In this document: piece after piece, positions 48,059 through 56,198 of the stretch
How positions within the stretch are numbered: the first letter of the stretch is position 1
How the letters are laid out: every line of letters begins with the position of its first letter
From: a virus
Taxonomy: Duplodnaviria > Caudoviricetes
Direction: 5' to 3' (one strand)
IMG/VR virus record: IMGVR_UViG_3300012940_000002
Location: 1 to 56,198 of that record
Length of the DNA: 56,198 bases
Notes under the pieces: generated by a model
The model's database searches: none
What the model saw: only the letters and a program-made list of their open reading frames with translations
What the model was told of the DNA's origin: nothing
Made by a program: the position numbers and the translations under genes

Positions 48059-48199
48059 ATGGACCCGACGACCGCATTCGAAGAGATCCTCAGCCAGATC
48101 GCAGAACTGGCAGGTGCTGGACTCGACCTCGTCCGTCAGGTTGCTGGCGGCGGTGGAGGTCAGGCTCCTGCTGAAGCGCCGCCCGCACCCGCTCAGTAG
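48059..48199 (+). CDS. 46-aa protein (not in ORF track)
   Basis: AAGGAGG RBS; MDPTTAFEEILSQIAELAGAGLDLVRQVAGGGGGQAPAEAPPAPAQ. Confidence 0.7.
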   Translation: MDPTTAFEEILSQIAELAGAGLDLVRQVAGGGGGQAPAEAPPAPAQ

Positions 48200-48264
48200 G
48201 ATGACGCAGGAACGAGGGCGGCGAATTCCTTCCCGCCGCCCTCGTTCCACGTCAAAGGAGTGAC

Positions 48265-49143
48265 ATGCCTCAGCTTGGGAACATGCCGAAGGAGCAGACA
48301 GTGCTCCGGCTCATGGCTCGCAAGTCGTTCGCCCTCGGTCTCTGGATCCAGGACAGGGCGGGCGGTCCCGTTGACATCAACGGAGCAGTCATTCGCATCG
48401 TCGCACGCAAGAGTGTTCCGACGACAATCTCCGACGACATCGACAATCTCATCACCAACTCGACGGCCAACGTAACCGCTCCCGCTGCAGGCTTTGCACG
48501 GTTCGAGCTTCAGGCTTCTGACCTCGACTGGAATCCTGGTGAGTACCAGTTCTCGATCACCATGACTCACGAGGGGTATTCCACCCTTCTCGTTCAGGGT
48601 GTGATCGATCTTATTCAGAACACTGAGTTCACCAGTCTCGGCGACACTTTCGAACTCAACGAAGCAGTGGCGTCGGCTCTGCTCGTTCGCCTCGCCGACC
48701 AGAACGTCATCTACGTGACGACTGGTCCCACGATCCTTCCTGGTACTGCGACATTCACGGAGCAGGATTACCAGATGCTTCGCGAACTCTACGCGGGTGC
48801 GCTCACTCAGGGTCAGACCCTCAACGCCGACCTGATACCCGACGGGTCTGAGAAGGTCATGATGACTCTGGCTGAGCGCGCCCTGCTCTCTGGAGGTCTC
48901 GTCGTTGACTGGGACGATGGCATCACGGGTAAGCCCTCCTTCGGCACGGCGTCGCTCAAGGACGAGGAGTACTTCCTTCGCCCCATCGCTAACGGTGGTG
49001 GTGTCGCCGCTTCTGAGATCAATTCAGGTACCCTCGACGCTGACCGCGTCCCCAATGTGGTGGACCTCAATGGTATCGTCGTCACGACGAGTGCTCCTTC
49101 TGGTGGCAACCCCGGACGGATCACTCTCAAGTACACCGAGTAG
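48265..49143 (+). CDS. Minor tail protein (BppU-like N-terminal beta domain)
   Basis: PVDING...G.ARFEL...GEYQFSI pattern; RBS AAGGAG. Confidence 0.6.
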   Translation: MPQLGNMPKEQTVLRLMARKSFALGLWIQDRAGGPVDINGAVIRIVARKSVPTTISDDIDNLITNSTANVTAPAAGFARFELQASDLDWNPGEYQFSITMTHEGYSTLLVQGVIDLIQNTEFTSLGDTFELNEAVASALLVRLADQNVIYVTTGPTILPGTATFTEQDYQMLRELYAGALTQGQTLNADLIPDGSEKVMMTLAERALLSGGLVVDWDDGITGKPSFGTASLKDEEYFLRPIANGGGVAASEINSGTLDADRVPNVVDLNGIVVTTSAPSGGNPGRITLKYTE

Positions 49144-49148
49144 GCAGT

Positions 49149-50864
49149 ATGGCTCTCGGTCAGTTTTACGGCATCGCGACTCCCGGTAACAATGGTGTCG
49201 AGTGTCGTGTCTACGTCAGTATCACAGATGATGCTGCTAACAACCGTAGCCGTGTCGATGCTGAGCTCCAGTTCCGCAAGACCAATGGCTTTGCAAGCCA
49301 GGGTAACGCCTTTGGATCGTTCAAGATCAACAATGTCGGTATCAACATTACTGGCAACAAGACTCTTCCTGCCAACGGGACGTGGGTAACGTTCGGTGTT
49401 GCTGGCGCTCGCTACTATAGTCATGCAGCGAACGGCCAACTCTCTGGAACTGTCACTGTCGCAGTCAATGGTGTCGGAATCTCTGGGTCGTCAGACTTCG
49501 ACACGCCTGTCTCGGGTTCGCTCAATTTCAGTAACGGAAACGGCTTTACCAACTATACTCGACTCCCAGGCGCGCCTGGTCTTCCTGTCGTGAGTAATCT
49601 CGAAGCTACTTCTTGCAAGTTCTCATGGGCGGCAGCGTCGTCTCCCGTGGCTATCACAGATTACGGACAATACCTTGCGAAGAACGCAGACTTCACGGTC
49701 ATGCACACCCCGGCGACGTGGATCGGGACGGCTCGTGAGTTCACTTACAGTAATCTCTCTCGCGGCACTGAGTACTGGTTTCGTACTCGTGCAAGGTCTT
49801 CGGAGGGTACCGGACCCTACACTACGGCTGTCAAGATCACGACCCCTCACACCGTTCCAGACAAGCCTCCGACGCCTTCGGTGGGCAGTATCACATCAAC
49901 TTCTGCCCAAGTCAATACGACAGACCCGGCTTACGTCGGTGCTGGTGTCACTGGAAGAGAGACTCAGGTCCGAGAGGGCACAACGGTAGTCGCGACCTCA
50001 ACGAGTGCCGACCCCACTTTCAATTCGCTGTTGCGTAGCAAGAACTACACGGTTCGCTACCGTGTACGGAACGCGGTCGGTTGGTCGGAGTGGTCGAACA
50101 ACAAGGCGTTCCAGACTCCTGGCACTCCTCCCAGCGCTCCTGCAGGATACACCGTCACAGAAATCGCTGCAACGACAGTCAAGGTCACGACGGGAACCAT
50201 CGCCGACAACGGTGGTGCCGTGCCGTCCCAGATTCGCGTCAAGGTTAGTACGACTGCAAGTGACATGGGTCTGGTTGACACGATCACACAGGAGCAGTGG
50301 GCTCCGATCGTTATCCCTGGTCTGTCTGAGAATACAAACTATTACGTCGCAGAAGCTGCGTTCAACACTGCGATCGGCGGCGGTTGGGGAGAGTACGGTC
50401 CTTGGGTACCGTTCTCGACAATCAATACGGTACCGACCCCGCCGCAGAACCTGGACGTAGACGACATCACAGAGACCACTGCAACGGCGACGTGGGTGGC
50501 TCCAGATGACCTTAACGGATCCGTCATCTCCTACTACGTCCTACTTGTAGCAGATGACCCTGCACTCACGCAGAACCTTCGGACGATCAATGTAGGATCC
50601 GGAACGTCACAGGTCATCGACAACCTCACTGGAGCCAAGAGCTACTACGTCCGAGTCTACTCGATGACCAACAATGGTCGAGGCTCGATCTCCGGTCTCG
50701 TGTCGTTTACGACAGAAGGTGGCGGCGGTTCATCGTCTGGTATCTACATTGATGTGGGTGGAACACCCAAGTTTGCAGAAGTTTGGATCGACATCGAAGG
50801 TGTCCCCAAACTCTGTGAGGTATGGATCGACGTAGCAGGAACACCAAAGCTCTGTGTCCCGTAA
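49149..50864 (+). CDS. Minor tail protein with about 4 fibronectin type III domains
   Basis: Repeated P..P...W...Y...L...T.Y..RVRA patterns. Confidence 0.8.
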   Translation: MALGQFYGIATPGNNGVECRVYVSITDDAANNRSRVDAELQFRKTNGFASQGNAFGSFKINNVGINITGNKTLPANGTWVTFGVAGARYYSHAANGQLSGTVTVAVNGVGISGSSDFDTPVSGSLNFSNGNGFTNYTRLPGAPGLPVVSNLEATSCKFSWAAASSPVAITDYGQYLAKNADFTVMHTPATWIGTAREFTYSNLSRGTEYWFRTRARSSEGTGPYTTAVKITTPHTVPDKPPTPSVGSITSTSAQVNTTDPAYVGAGVTGRETQVREGTTVVATSTSADPTFNSLLRSKNYTVRYRVRNAVGWSEWSNNKAFQTPGTPPSAPAGYTVTEIAATTVKVTTGTIADNGGAVPSQIRVKVSTTASDMGLVDTITQEQWAPIVIPGLSENTNYYVAEAAFNTAIGGGWGEYGPWVPFSTINTVPTPPQNLDVDDITETTATATWVAPDDLNGSVISYYVLLVADDPALTQNLRTINVGSGTSQVIDNLTGAKSYYVRVYSMTNNGRGSISGLVSFTTEGGGGSSSGIYIDVGGTPKFAEVWIDIEGVPKLCEVWIDVAGTPKLCVP

Positions 50865-50884
50865 ACACAGTGGAAGGAAGAATC

Positions 50885-51778
50885 ATGAATCTAAAGAACC
50901 ATCCCGGTATGTGGCTGAACGACGAAGCCGCCACCGCACTCGCTGCGTACGAGGAAAAGTATGGCGTCCTGACCATTACGAGCGCCGGTCGTACGGAAGC
51001 GGAGCAGCAGAGAGCGATCGATCGGTGGGACCAGGGCGGTGTGTACAACAGGCCCCCGTACCTGTATCCTCCTGCTCGCCCTGCGGCCACCAGCCCGCAC
51101 GTCGTTAACGGTGGCCAGGCGGTTGACACGCCCGACTTTGTGAAGTTCCGACAGCACAGTGAAGAGTTCGGGTTCCACTGGTACGGCTCTGGAGACCCTG
51201 TCCACTTCAACTTCCGTGGCTACAAGGGCGGTGCCCCCGCCAACGTTAGTCAGCTCACTCGTGACCGTCAGACCTGGCTCAACCACTCTCGCCACGCTGG
51301 TCTCGTGGTCGACGGTATCGAGGGTCCCAAGACCAAGGCTGCGTACAAGGCCTACCAGGAGTTCCTCAAGGACTTCGGCTACAAGGGCGCGATCGACGGG
51401 ATCTGGGGCAACGGCACCCAGGCCGCTCACCAGAAGTACTACGAGTGGTTCAACCGTCCTGTATCTAAGCCGCAGTCAGGCGTTCCTAGCCTTCGCTGGC
51501 AGGGTATCCAAGAGATGCTCAAGCGGTACTACGGCTACACCGGTCGGATCGACGGTATCGCAGGTACTGGTACAATCCTGTCTTTCCAGCGCTTCCTCGC
51601 CGCGCACGGATACGCCCCTGGCCACACCGACGGCCTGTGGGGACCCAACACCGCCAAGGCCGCTCAGCGGTGGCTCAAGGCTCGTTGGGGGTACCGTGGA
51701 GCGATCGACGGAATCTTCGGCCCGCAAACCAAGGCGGCGTGGGCCGTAGCAGAGAAAGCGAATGCCGCCGCATTCTAG
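50885..51778 (+). CDS. Endolysin: M15-type Zn peptidase plus peptidoglycan-binding repeats
   Basis: SAGRT..EQ, SPH...AVD and DPVH motifs; repeated DGIxGxxT. Confidence 0.9.
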   Translation: MNLKNHPGMWLNDEAATALAAYEEKYGVLTITSAGRTEAEQQRAIDRWDQGGVYNRPPYLYPPARPAATSPHVVNGGQAVDTPDFVKFRQHSEEFGFHWYGSGDPVHFNFRGYKGGAPANVSQLTRDRQTWLNHSRHAGLVVDGIEGPKTKAAYKAYQEFLKDFGYKGAIDGIWGNGTQAAHQKYYEWFNRPVSKPQSGVPSLRWQGIQEMLKRYYGYTGRIDGIAGTGTILSFQRFLAAHGYAPGHTDGLWGPNTAKAAQRWLKARWGYRGAIDGIFGPQTKAAWAVAEKANAAAF

Positions 51779-51790
51779 GGGAACTAGGTA

Positions 51791-52105
51791 ATGAGTGCTG
51801 ACGTGACTGATGAAACTTCAGTAGCCGTATTGTCGACCAAGATCGACCACTTGACGTCTGTCGTAACCGATGTAAAGACTAAGCTGGAGACAAGCTCCTC
51901 AGTTCACGTCACGCGTTCCGAGTGGGAGCTTCGCAACCAGACGGTTGATGAGCGCTTCGTGACCGCAGGCAAGGATCGTGAAGCCATCTGGCTCGCACTC
52001 AACTCTCGTCGCGCACCCTGGTGGTCTGTCATTGCCGCTATCGGTGGCTCTGTCGCCACCCTCGCGCTCCTCTTTCAGTGGATCCCTCAACTCGTAAACA
52101 AGTAA
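51791..52105 (+). CDS. Lysis-cassette membrane protein
   Basis: Coiled coil plus a C-terminal TM helix, next to the endolysin. Confidence 0.7.
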   Translation: MSADVTDETSVAVLSTKIDHLTSVVTDVKTKLETSSSVHVTRSEWELRNQTVDERFVTAGKDREAIWLALNSRRAPWWSVIAAIGGSVATLALLFQWIPQLVNK

Positions 52106-52115
52106 GGAGAAGTAA

Positions 52116-52526
52116 GTGAACGTTCCCGAAGTCTGGTATAAGGCCCAGCGTGCCCTGCGTACGGCGGTCCAGGTGCTCCTCTCACTGCTCGCAGTGTGGG
52201 CAGTCATCGCCGCCGTCGCACCCCAGGTGCTGACTGAACTCGCCACGATCCTGCCGGGTCCGTGGATCGTCTGGCTGACCGGTGCAGTCGCATTCGTGAC
52301 AGCGATCGCCACGGCACTGAGCCGGATCATGTCGATTCCCGCGATCAACTCGTGGCTCACAAAGTGGCTGAATCTCGGTTCTGTTCCGAAGAAGGCAATC
52401 ATCAATGTACACGACATTCATGATGGGGAATTGATTGACACTACCACCGTCGCGCCCGACCCCAAGGTCGTTCTTCCAACGGACACCCGCTCCACATACC
52501 AGGACCGCAACAGCCTCGAATGGTGA
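52116..52526 (+). CDS. Holin
   Basis: RALRTAVQ motif, two TM helices. Confidence 0.75.
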   Translation: MNVPEVWYKAQRALRTAVQVLLSLLAVWAVIAAVAPQVLTELATILPGPWIVWLTGAVAFVTAIATALSRIMSIPAINSWLTKWLNLGSVPKKAIINVHDIHDGELIDTTTVAPDPKVVLPTDTRSTYQDRNSLEW

Positions 52527-52601
52527 GGGGGAAGGGAGGCAGGGCTTAGGCCCGGTATCTGAGTCAAGCATAGGGGAACTGCCCCGCGACCGACCGGTTG
52601 C

Positions 52602-52609
52602 GGTATAAT
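52602..52609 (+). promoter_or_regulatory. SigA-type -10 box GG-TATAAT
   Basis: Intergenic, upstream of the 52632 gene. Confidence 0.6.
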
Positions 52610-52631
52610 TCGACTGAGAGAGGTTAGGCAA

Positions 52632-53882
52632 ATGGCTTGGTGGGACGATGTTCTTCGTAACATCTTCGGTGGTGCGCAGCAGGAGCAGCGTCCCACCAGG
52701 TCGTCAACCTCGTCTTCTCGCGGTCGGCAGGGTGGCGGCAACTTCCAGCCCGCCCGTGAACCGCGTCAACAGACGTCATTCTTCGGAACGCCCATCTCCG
52801 CTCCCACTGCGATGGGCAGTTCTGCTCCTGCTCGTGAGACCGAAGGTCCCGAGCGTCGTCAGCTCTCTGGTGGACCCGACCGATCTGCTCCTGTCAAGAC
52901 GAGCATTTGGCCGATAGAAATCAGTCGTGAGAGCGTCAATACGTTCCTCAACGGTCCCGAGGAAGACCGTCCCGAACTCAAGCGTGACATCACACCGCTC
53001 GATGCTCTCTTGGCAACGACTAAAGACCCGTACGAGTCTAACATCGGCGCGCCTGACCTGCTCTCCACGATCACGAAAACGCCTCGTGACAAGTATTCGG
53101 AGTCGTTCCGTACCGGTCAGGCACGAGTCTCCGGCACTGATGAACTGACCGACCAGCAGTGGAACGCGCTCTCGCCTGAGACCCAACGTGGAGTGCTCGC
53201 TCAGCAGATGATCTACGCTGCTGCGATGGAAGACCGCAAGGCGCGTCAGCGCCTCAGTGACATGGATGAGGCAGAGGTCGCTTCGTACCTCGACGCTGTC
53301 GAACAGATCTTCGGCGCAGGTGGTGGTAGCGAGACTTACGCTCCCAACACGATTCGCGTGCTCCAGGAACTTGGCTACCAGGGTAATCGAGAGAAGAGTG
53401 ACCTCGACCTGTTTCTGAACGGTCAGGCATACGCCAACACCGGTGCAGTCCTGAGCGGTAACCTCGCCGGACCTCAGGCAGACCTGTTTGCTCAGCTTGC
53501 CGACGCGCCCGCATTCGAGAACCCTGAACTGACTGCAGCACTCGATCGTGGTGCGGCTCTGATCCAGGCTGTGGCACAGAGTGGCACGTTCTCCAACGAG
53601 GTCGCTGACGTGACAGGTATCCAGACAGCCGCTCAGAAACTGCCACAGGATCGACTAGAGGGTCTCGACAACATCCTCGTCGGTATGGCAGACCCCGGAG
53701 TCTGGAACACCATCAACTCCGACGCTCAGGCCAATGCTGAGTTCCAGCAGATCCTCGCCGGTGCAACCGAGGGTCTGGACCCGATCCTCGTTGCTGACTA
53801 CTTCAAGGAACGATACCCTGCTCTCGGAGGCAACAAGATGCCCTTTGACCAGTTCCAGCAGTACTGGATCAAGAAAGGTTGA
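52632..53882 (+). CDS. Hypothetical protein, possible internal virion protein
   Basis: 416 aa, disordered N-terminus, helical C-terminus. Confidence 0.7.
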   Translation: MAWWDDVLRNIFGGAQQEQRPTRSSTSSSRGRQGGGNFQPAREPRQQTSFFGTPISAPTAMGSSAPARETEGPERRQLSGGPDRSAPVKTSIWPIEISRESVNTFLNGPEEDRPELKRDITPLDALLATTKDPYESNIGAPDLLSTITKTPRDKYSESFRTGQARVSGTDELTDQQWNALSPETQRGVLAQQMIYAAAMEDRKARQRLSDMDEAEVASYLDAVEQIFGAGGGSETYAPNTIRVLQELGYQGNREKSDLDLFLNGQAYANTGAVLSGNLAGPQADLFAQLADAPAFENPELTAALDRGAALIQAVAQSGTFSNEVADVTGIQTAAQKLPQDRLEGLDNILVGMADPGVWNTINSDAQANAEFQQILAGATEGLDPILVADYFKERYPALGGNKMPFDQFQQYWIKKG

Positions 53883-53884
53883 TC

Positions 53885-54901
53885 ATGGCTCTCAATCTCC
53901 GAATGCTGCCTGACATCGAAGATCGAGGTCAGCGTACCACGTACATTCGTAGACAGGTCTCACAGGGTCTGCCGACTCGCCCGACCAATAGTGGCGGTGG
54001 TGGGACTGGCGGACTGAACTCCGCTCCGAGAGTGAACGTTGGACCGTCTCCCGAAGACATCGCCCGAGCCAATGCCGCTGCTGCAGAGGCCCGTGCCAAG
54101 GCCGCTGGTAAGGCTCAGACTGCCAAGGAGAACTTGGCAACTCAGCAGATCATCGACGCCCTCCTGGGATCGCTCGCGGGTTACGCCAAGGGTCGAGACA
54201 CCCTGGTTTCGAACGCTCAGACGACCTATGACGAAGTGCTCGCGGGTATCCTGTCGAACTACGGCGCGGCTGTCGACGACTACGAGAAATCGGCTGACCG
54301 TAATCGTCAGGACGAGTCGAGCAAGAGCGCCGCCAACGTCACGAACCGTGCTCGTGAGCGGACTGCTTTGCTCAGCCAGGTTCTGTCTCAGGGTGCTGGA
54401 GAGACCGACGCCATGCGTGCAATTCTCCAGGCTTTCGCGAACTTTGACGCGAACCAGGCAGGCATCACGGGAACGTTCTACGACAACGAGCGTAACATCA
54501 ACGCCCAGATCGCGGGTGCGAACAGTCAGGCCTCGACCTCTCGTCGGTCGGCGTTCGAGCAACTCCAGTCGGCGAGGGCTCAGGCTCACAACGAATACTA
54601 CAAGAACTACACGGATGTGTGGACCAACATCCAGCGTACCGCCGCGCAGAACACGAACATCGACTCCGATTACTCTACCGCGTTCAACGCTAACTTCCAA
54701 GGGAAGGATCCGGTCAAGGAGGCTGCTCGTTACGCTGGCCTTGCCTACAAGCGAGAGACTAAGGACGACGAGTACTTCGACAACTTCGAGGGGCGTCGCG
54801 AGGGCCAAGATACTCGCCTAGCCTCGGTCAACCGTGCTGCGTCGACAACGATCAGCGGTCCCCGTCGCGCTGAAGGTGCAACGCTGAGAAGGAGAGCGTG
54901 A
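53885..54901 (+). CDS. Ala/Gln-rich coiled-coil protein, possible internal virion (ejection) protein
   Basis: Composition and position before the adaptor. Confidence 0.65.
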   Translation: MALNLRMLPDIEDRGQRTTYIRRQVSQGLPTRPTNSGGGGTGGLNSAPRVNVGPSPEDIARANAAAAEARAKAAGKAQTAKENLATQQIIDALLGSLAGYAKGRDTLVSNAQTTYDEVLAGILSNYGAAVDDYEKSADRNRQDESSKSAANVTNRARERTALLSQVLSQGAGETDAMRAILQAFANFDANQAGITGTFYDNERNINAQIAGANSQASTSRRSAFEQLQSARAQAHNEYYKNYTDVWTNIQRTAAQNTNIDSDYSTAFNANFQGKDPVKEAARYAGLAYKRETKDDEYFDNFEGRREGQDTRLASVNRAASTTISGPRRAEGATLRRRA

Positions 54902-55701
54902 TGCCGAACGAAGAACTCGCCATCACTCTGGACGACGCCGTAGCCGAAGTCATGGGAGCGCTGACCGGCCTCGATCTTCGACACGTTCCAGAACGGGACC
55001 GTTACCAGGCGGTGACGCGACAGCTCAACAAGGCCCTTCGTCTTAACGCGACAGAGCTTGAATGGTCGTACTACTCATCGACCGAGAGTGTCGGCTACGC
55101 CGTCGCCGGTGAGCGCCTGGTGAATCTCCGTGCCTCGGTGCGGCCTCGCATCATGCGTGGCGACGCTGTCCGGCTGGTGGTCCCTGAGACCCAGCGTACC
55201 ATGACGTGGGCATACTTCCTGCCTCGCGAGAACCTGCACGACTACCCGGTCCAGCAGGGTCTCTGGGTTGCATCGACCACGCAGAACCTGGAGTTCTCTC
55301 GCCCGTTCCTGGAGGCCGAGAACGGTCTGGAAATCCTGGTTCCAGTGATGCGTGAGCCGAAGATGTTCCGACTCCCGGAACAGCCCGAGAATCCCGAAGA
55401 ACCAGTTATTGAGGTTCCGGCTGATGTGCGTCAGCAGCTCTTGGACTTCCAGTATCCTGATCTCATCACGGCTCGGGCTGCTTACCTGTATGCACAGACG
55501 AACCCGCTCTGGCAGCCTCGCGCGCAGACGCTGGAAGCTAACTACAAAGACCTCTTCTACGCTCTCAAGGAGCGGGATGAGCGCAACACAGATGCTCCTA
55601 TGATTCACTCGTGGGACCTCGGCATCGAAGCAGACATCACGTCTGTTCGTCCGTATACGGGCCGTCCGTCCGCTGACCAGTTCAAGACCCTGTTCTCATA
55701 A
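54901..55701 (+). CDS. Head-tail adaptor / tail tubular protein A-like
   Basis: Helix-LNKAL...W N-terminus, beta middle, YPDLITARAAYLYA C-terminal helix; precedes the nozzle. Confidence 0.6.
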   Translation: MPNEELAITLDDAVAEVMGALTGLDLRHVPERDRYQAVTRQLNKALRLNATELEWSYYSSTESVGYAVAGERLVNLRASVRPRIMRGDAVRLVVPETQRTMTWAYFLPRENLHDYPVQQGLWVASTTQNLEFSRPFLEAENGLEILVPVMREPKMFRLPEQPENPEEPVIEVPADVRQQLLDFQYPDLITARAAYLYAQTNPLWQPRAQTLEANYKDLFYALKERDERNTDAPMIHSWDLGIEADITSVRPYTGRPSADQFKTLFS

Positions 55702-56198
55702 TGGCAACAAAGCAGCCGAAGGCACCCATCGATAACCCGCTCGCGAGGTCTTACCTCCGTGAGTTCTCCGGGTGGTCGACGGCGTACCCTCCGGGGATGA
55801 GTGACCCCACGTCTGTCAGGACGATGGAGAACATCTACATCACCCGCGAGGGGGCTGCGCGAGTTCGCCCCGGTATCCGCTCTGTCTTCACTGAGAACTG
55901 GTGGCTTGGCAACTCTGGCGAGACGATCGTCGGCAGCTTCGAGCACTTTATCGACACTGACACTGGCCAGATCGCGCTCTTGTTCGCCGTTCGAGGAAGC
56001 GGTGGAACCGTCAATTTCCGAGTCGTTCGCTACAACTCGTCAACCCAGCGCTTCGATGACCTGCCTGGAGTGTTCCCCTCCATCACGTTTTCGTCAGCAA
56101 CGACTTTCGTAAAGTATCTGCAGATCGATAACAAGATTCTTGCCCTATCGAACGATCCCGACGAGCCTGCGATTCTCTTCAATGTAGGTGCCACCAAG
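55701..56198 (+). CDS. 5' part of tail nozzle gene (continues through the junction to 2001)
   Basis: MATKQPKAP...REFSGW...MENIYITREGAARVRPG; no stop before the window end. Confidence 0.75.
   Translation, partial: MATKQPKAPIDNPLARSYLREFSGWSTAYPPGMSDPTSVRTMENIYITREGAARVRPGIRSVFTENWWLGNSGETIVGSFEHFIDTDTGQIALLFAVRGSGGTVNFRVVRYNSSTQRFDDLPGVFPSITFSSATTFVKYLQIDNKILALSNDPDEPAILFNVGATK
56076..56198. repeat. 123-bp terminal overlap, identical to 1-123
   Basis: Exact identity. Confidence 0.97.

Noticed and set aside
1-56198. tRNA, integrase, tape measure, introns/inteins
   Set aside because: None recognisable by eye; tRNAscan-SE and HMM searches would be needed to exclude them formally

Overview
The window is one complete, circularly assembled lytic actinobacteriophage genome. 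Positions 1-123 equal 56076-56198, giving a unit length of 56,075 bp. It is a podovirus-type layout with no tape measure and no integrase or repressor, and it resembles what I recall of Microbacterium cluster EK/EM phages (recalled, not verified). The rightward arm (30556 through the junction to 10647) carries a 4,548-aa giant protein, portal, major capsid, tail proteins, an endolysin/holin cassette, adaptor and nozzle, a tail fibre, a PhoD-type phosphatase fusion and a terminase placed at the end of the arm. The leftward arm (30073 down to 10550) carries small early genes, DUF932, NrdH, an SSB-like protein, a Cas4-like nuclease, PolA, RuvC, WhiB, an SF2 helicase, a D5 helicase and a prim-pol. 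Two features stand out. (1) The giant protein contains both catalytic barrels of a two-barrel RNA polymerase, a beta'-like RxP...DFDGD motif and a beta-like GDK...K motif, in reversed order about 2,100 aa apart and fused to membrane-like segments, which makes it a candidate ejected virion RNA polymerase. (2) An ORF-poor region of about 800 nt (28870-29660) folds on the + strand into a nested multi-branch structure whose imperfections are mostly G-T wobbles. It could be a large ncRNA, a single-stranded promoter for the virion RNAP, or an origin. All calls come from reading motifs by eye; no searches were run.
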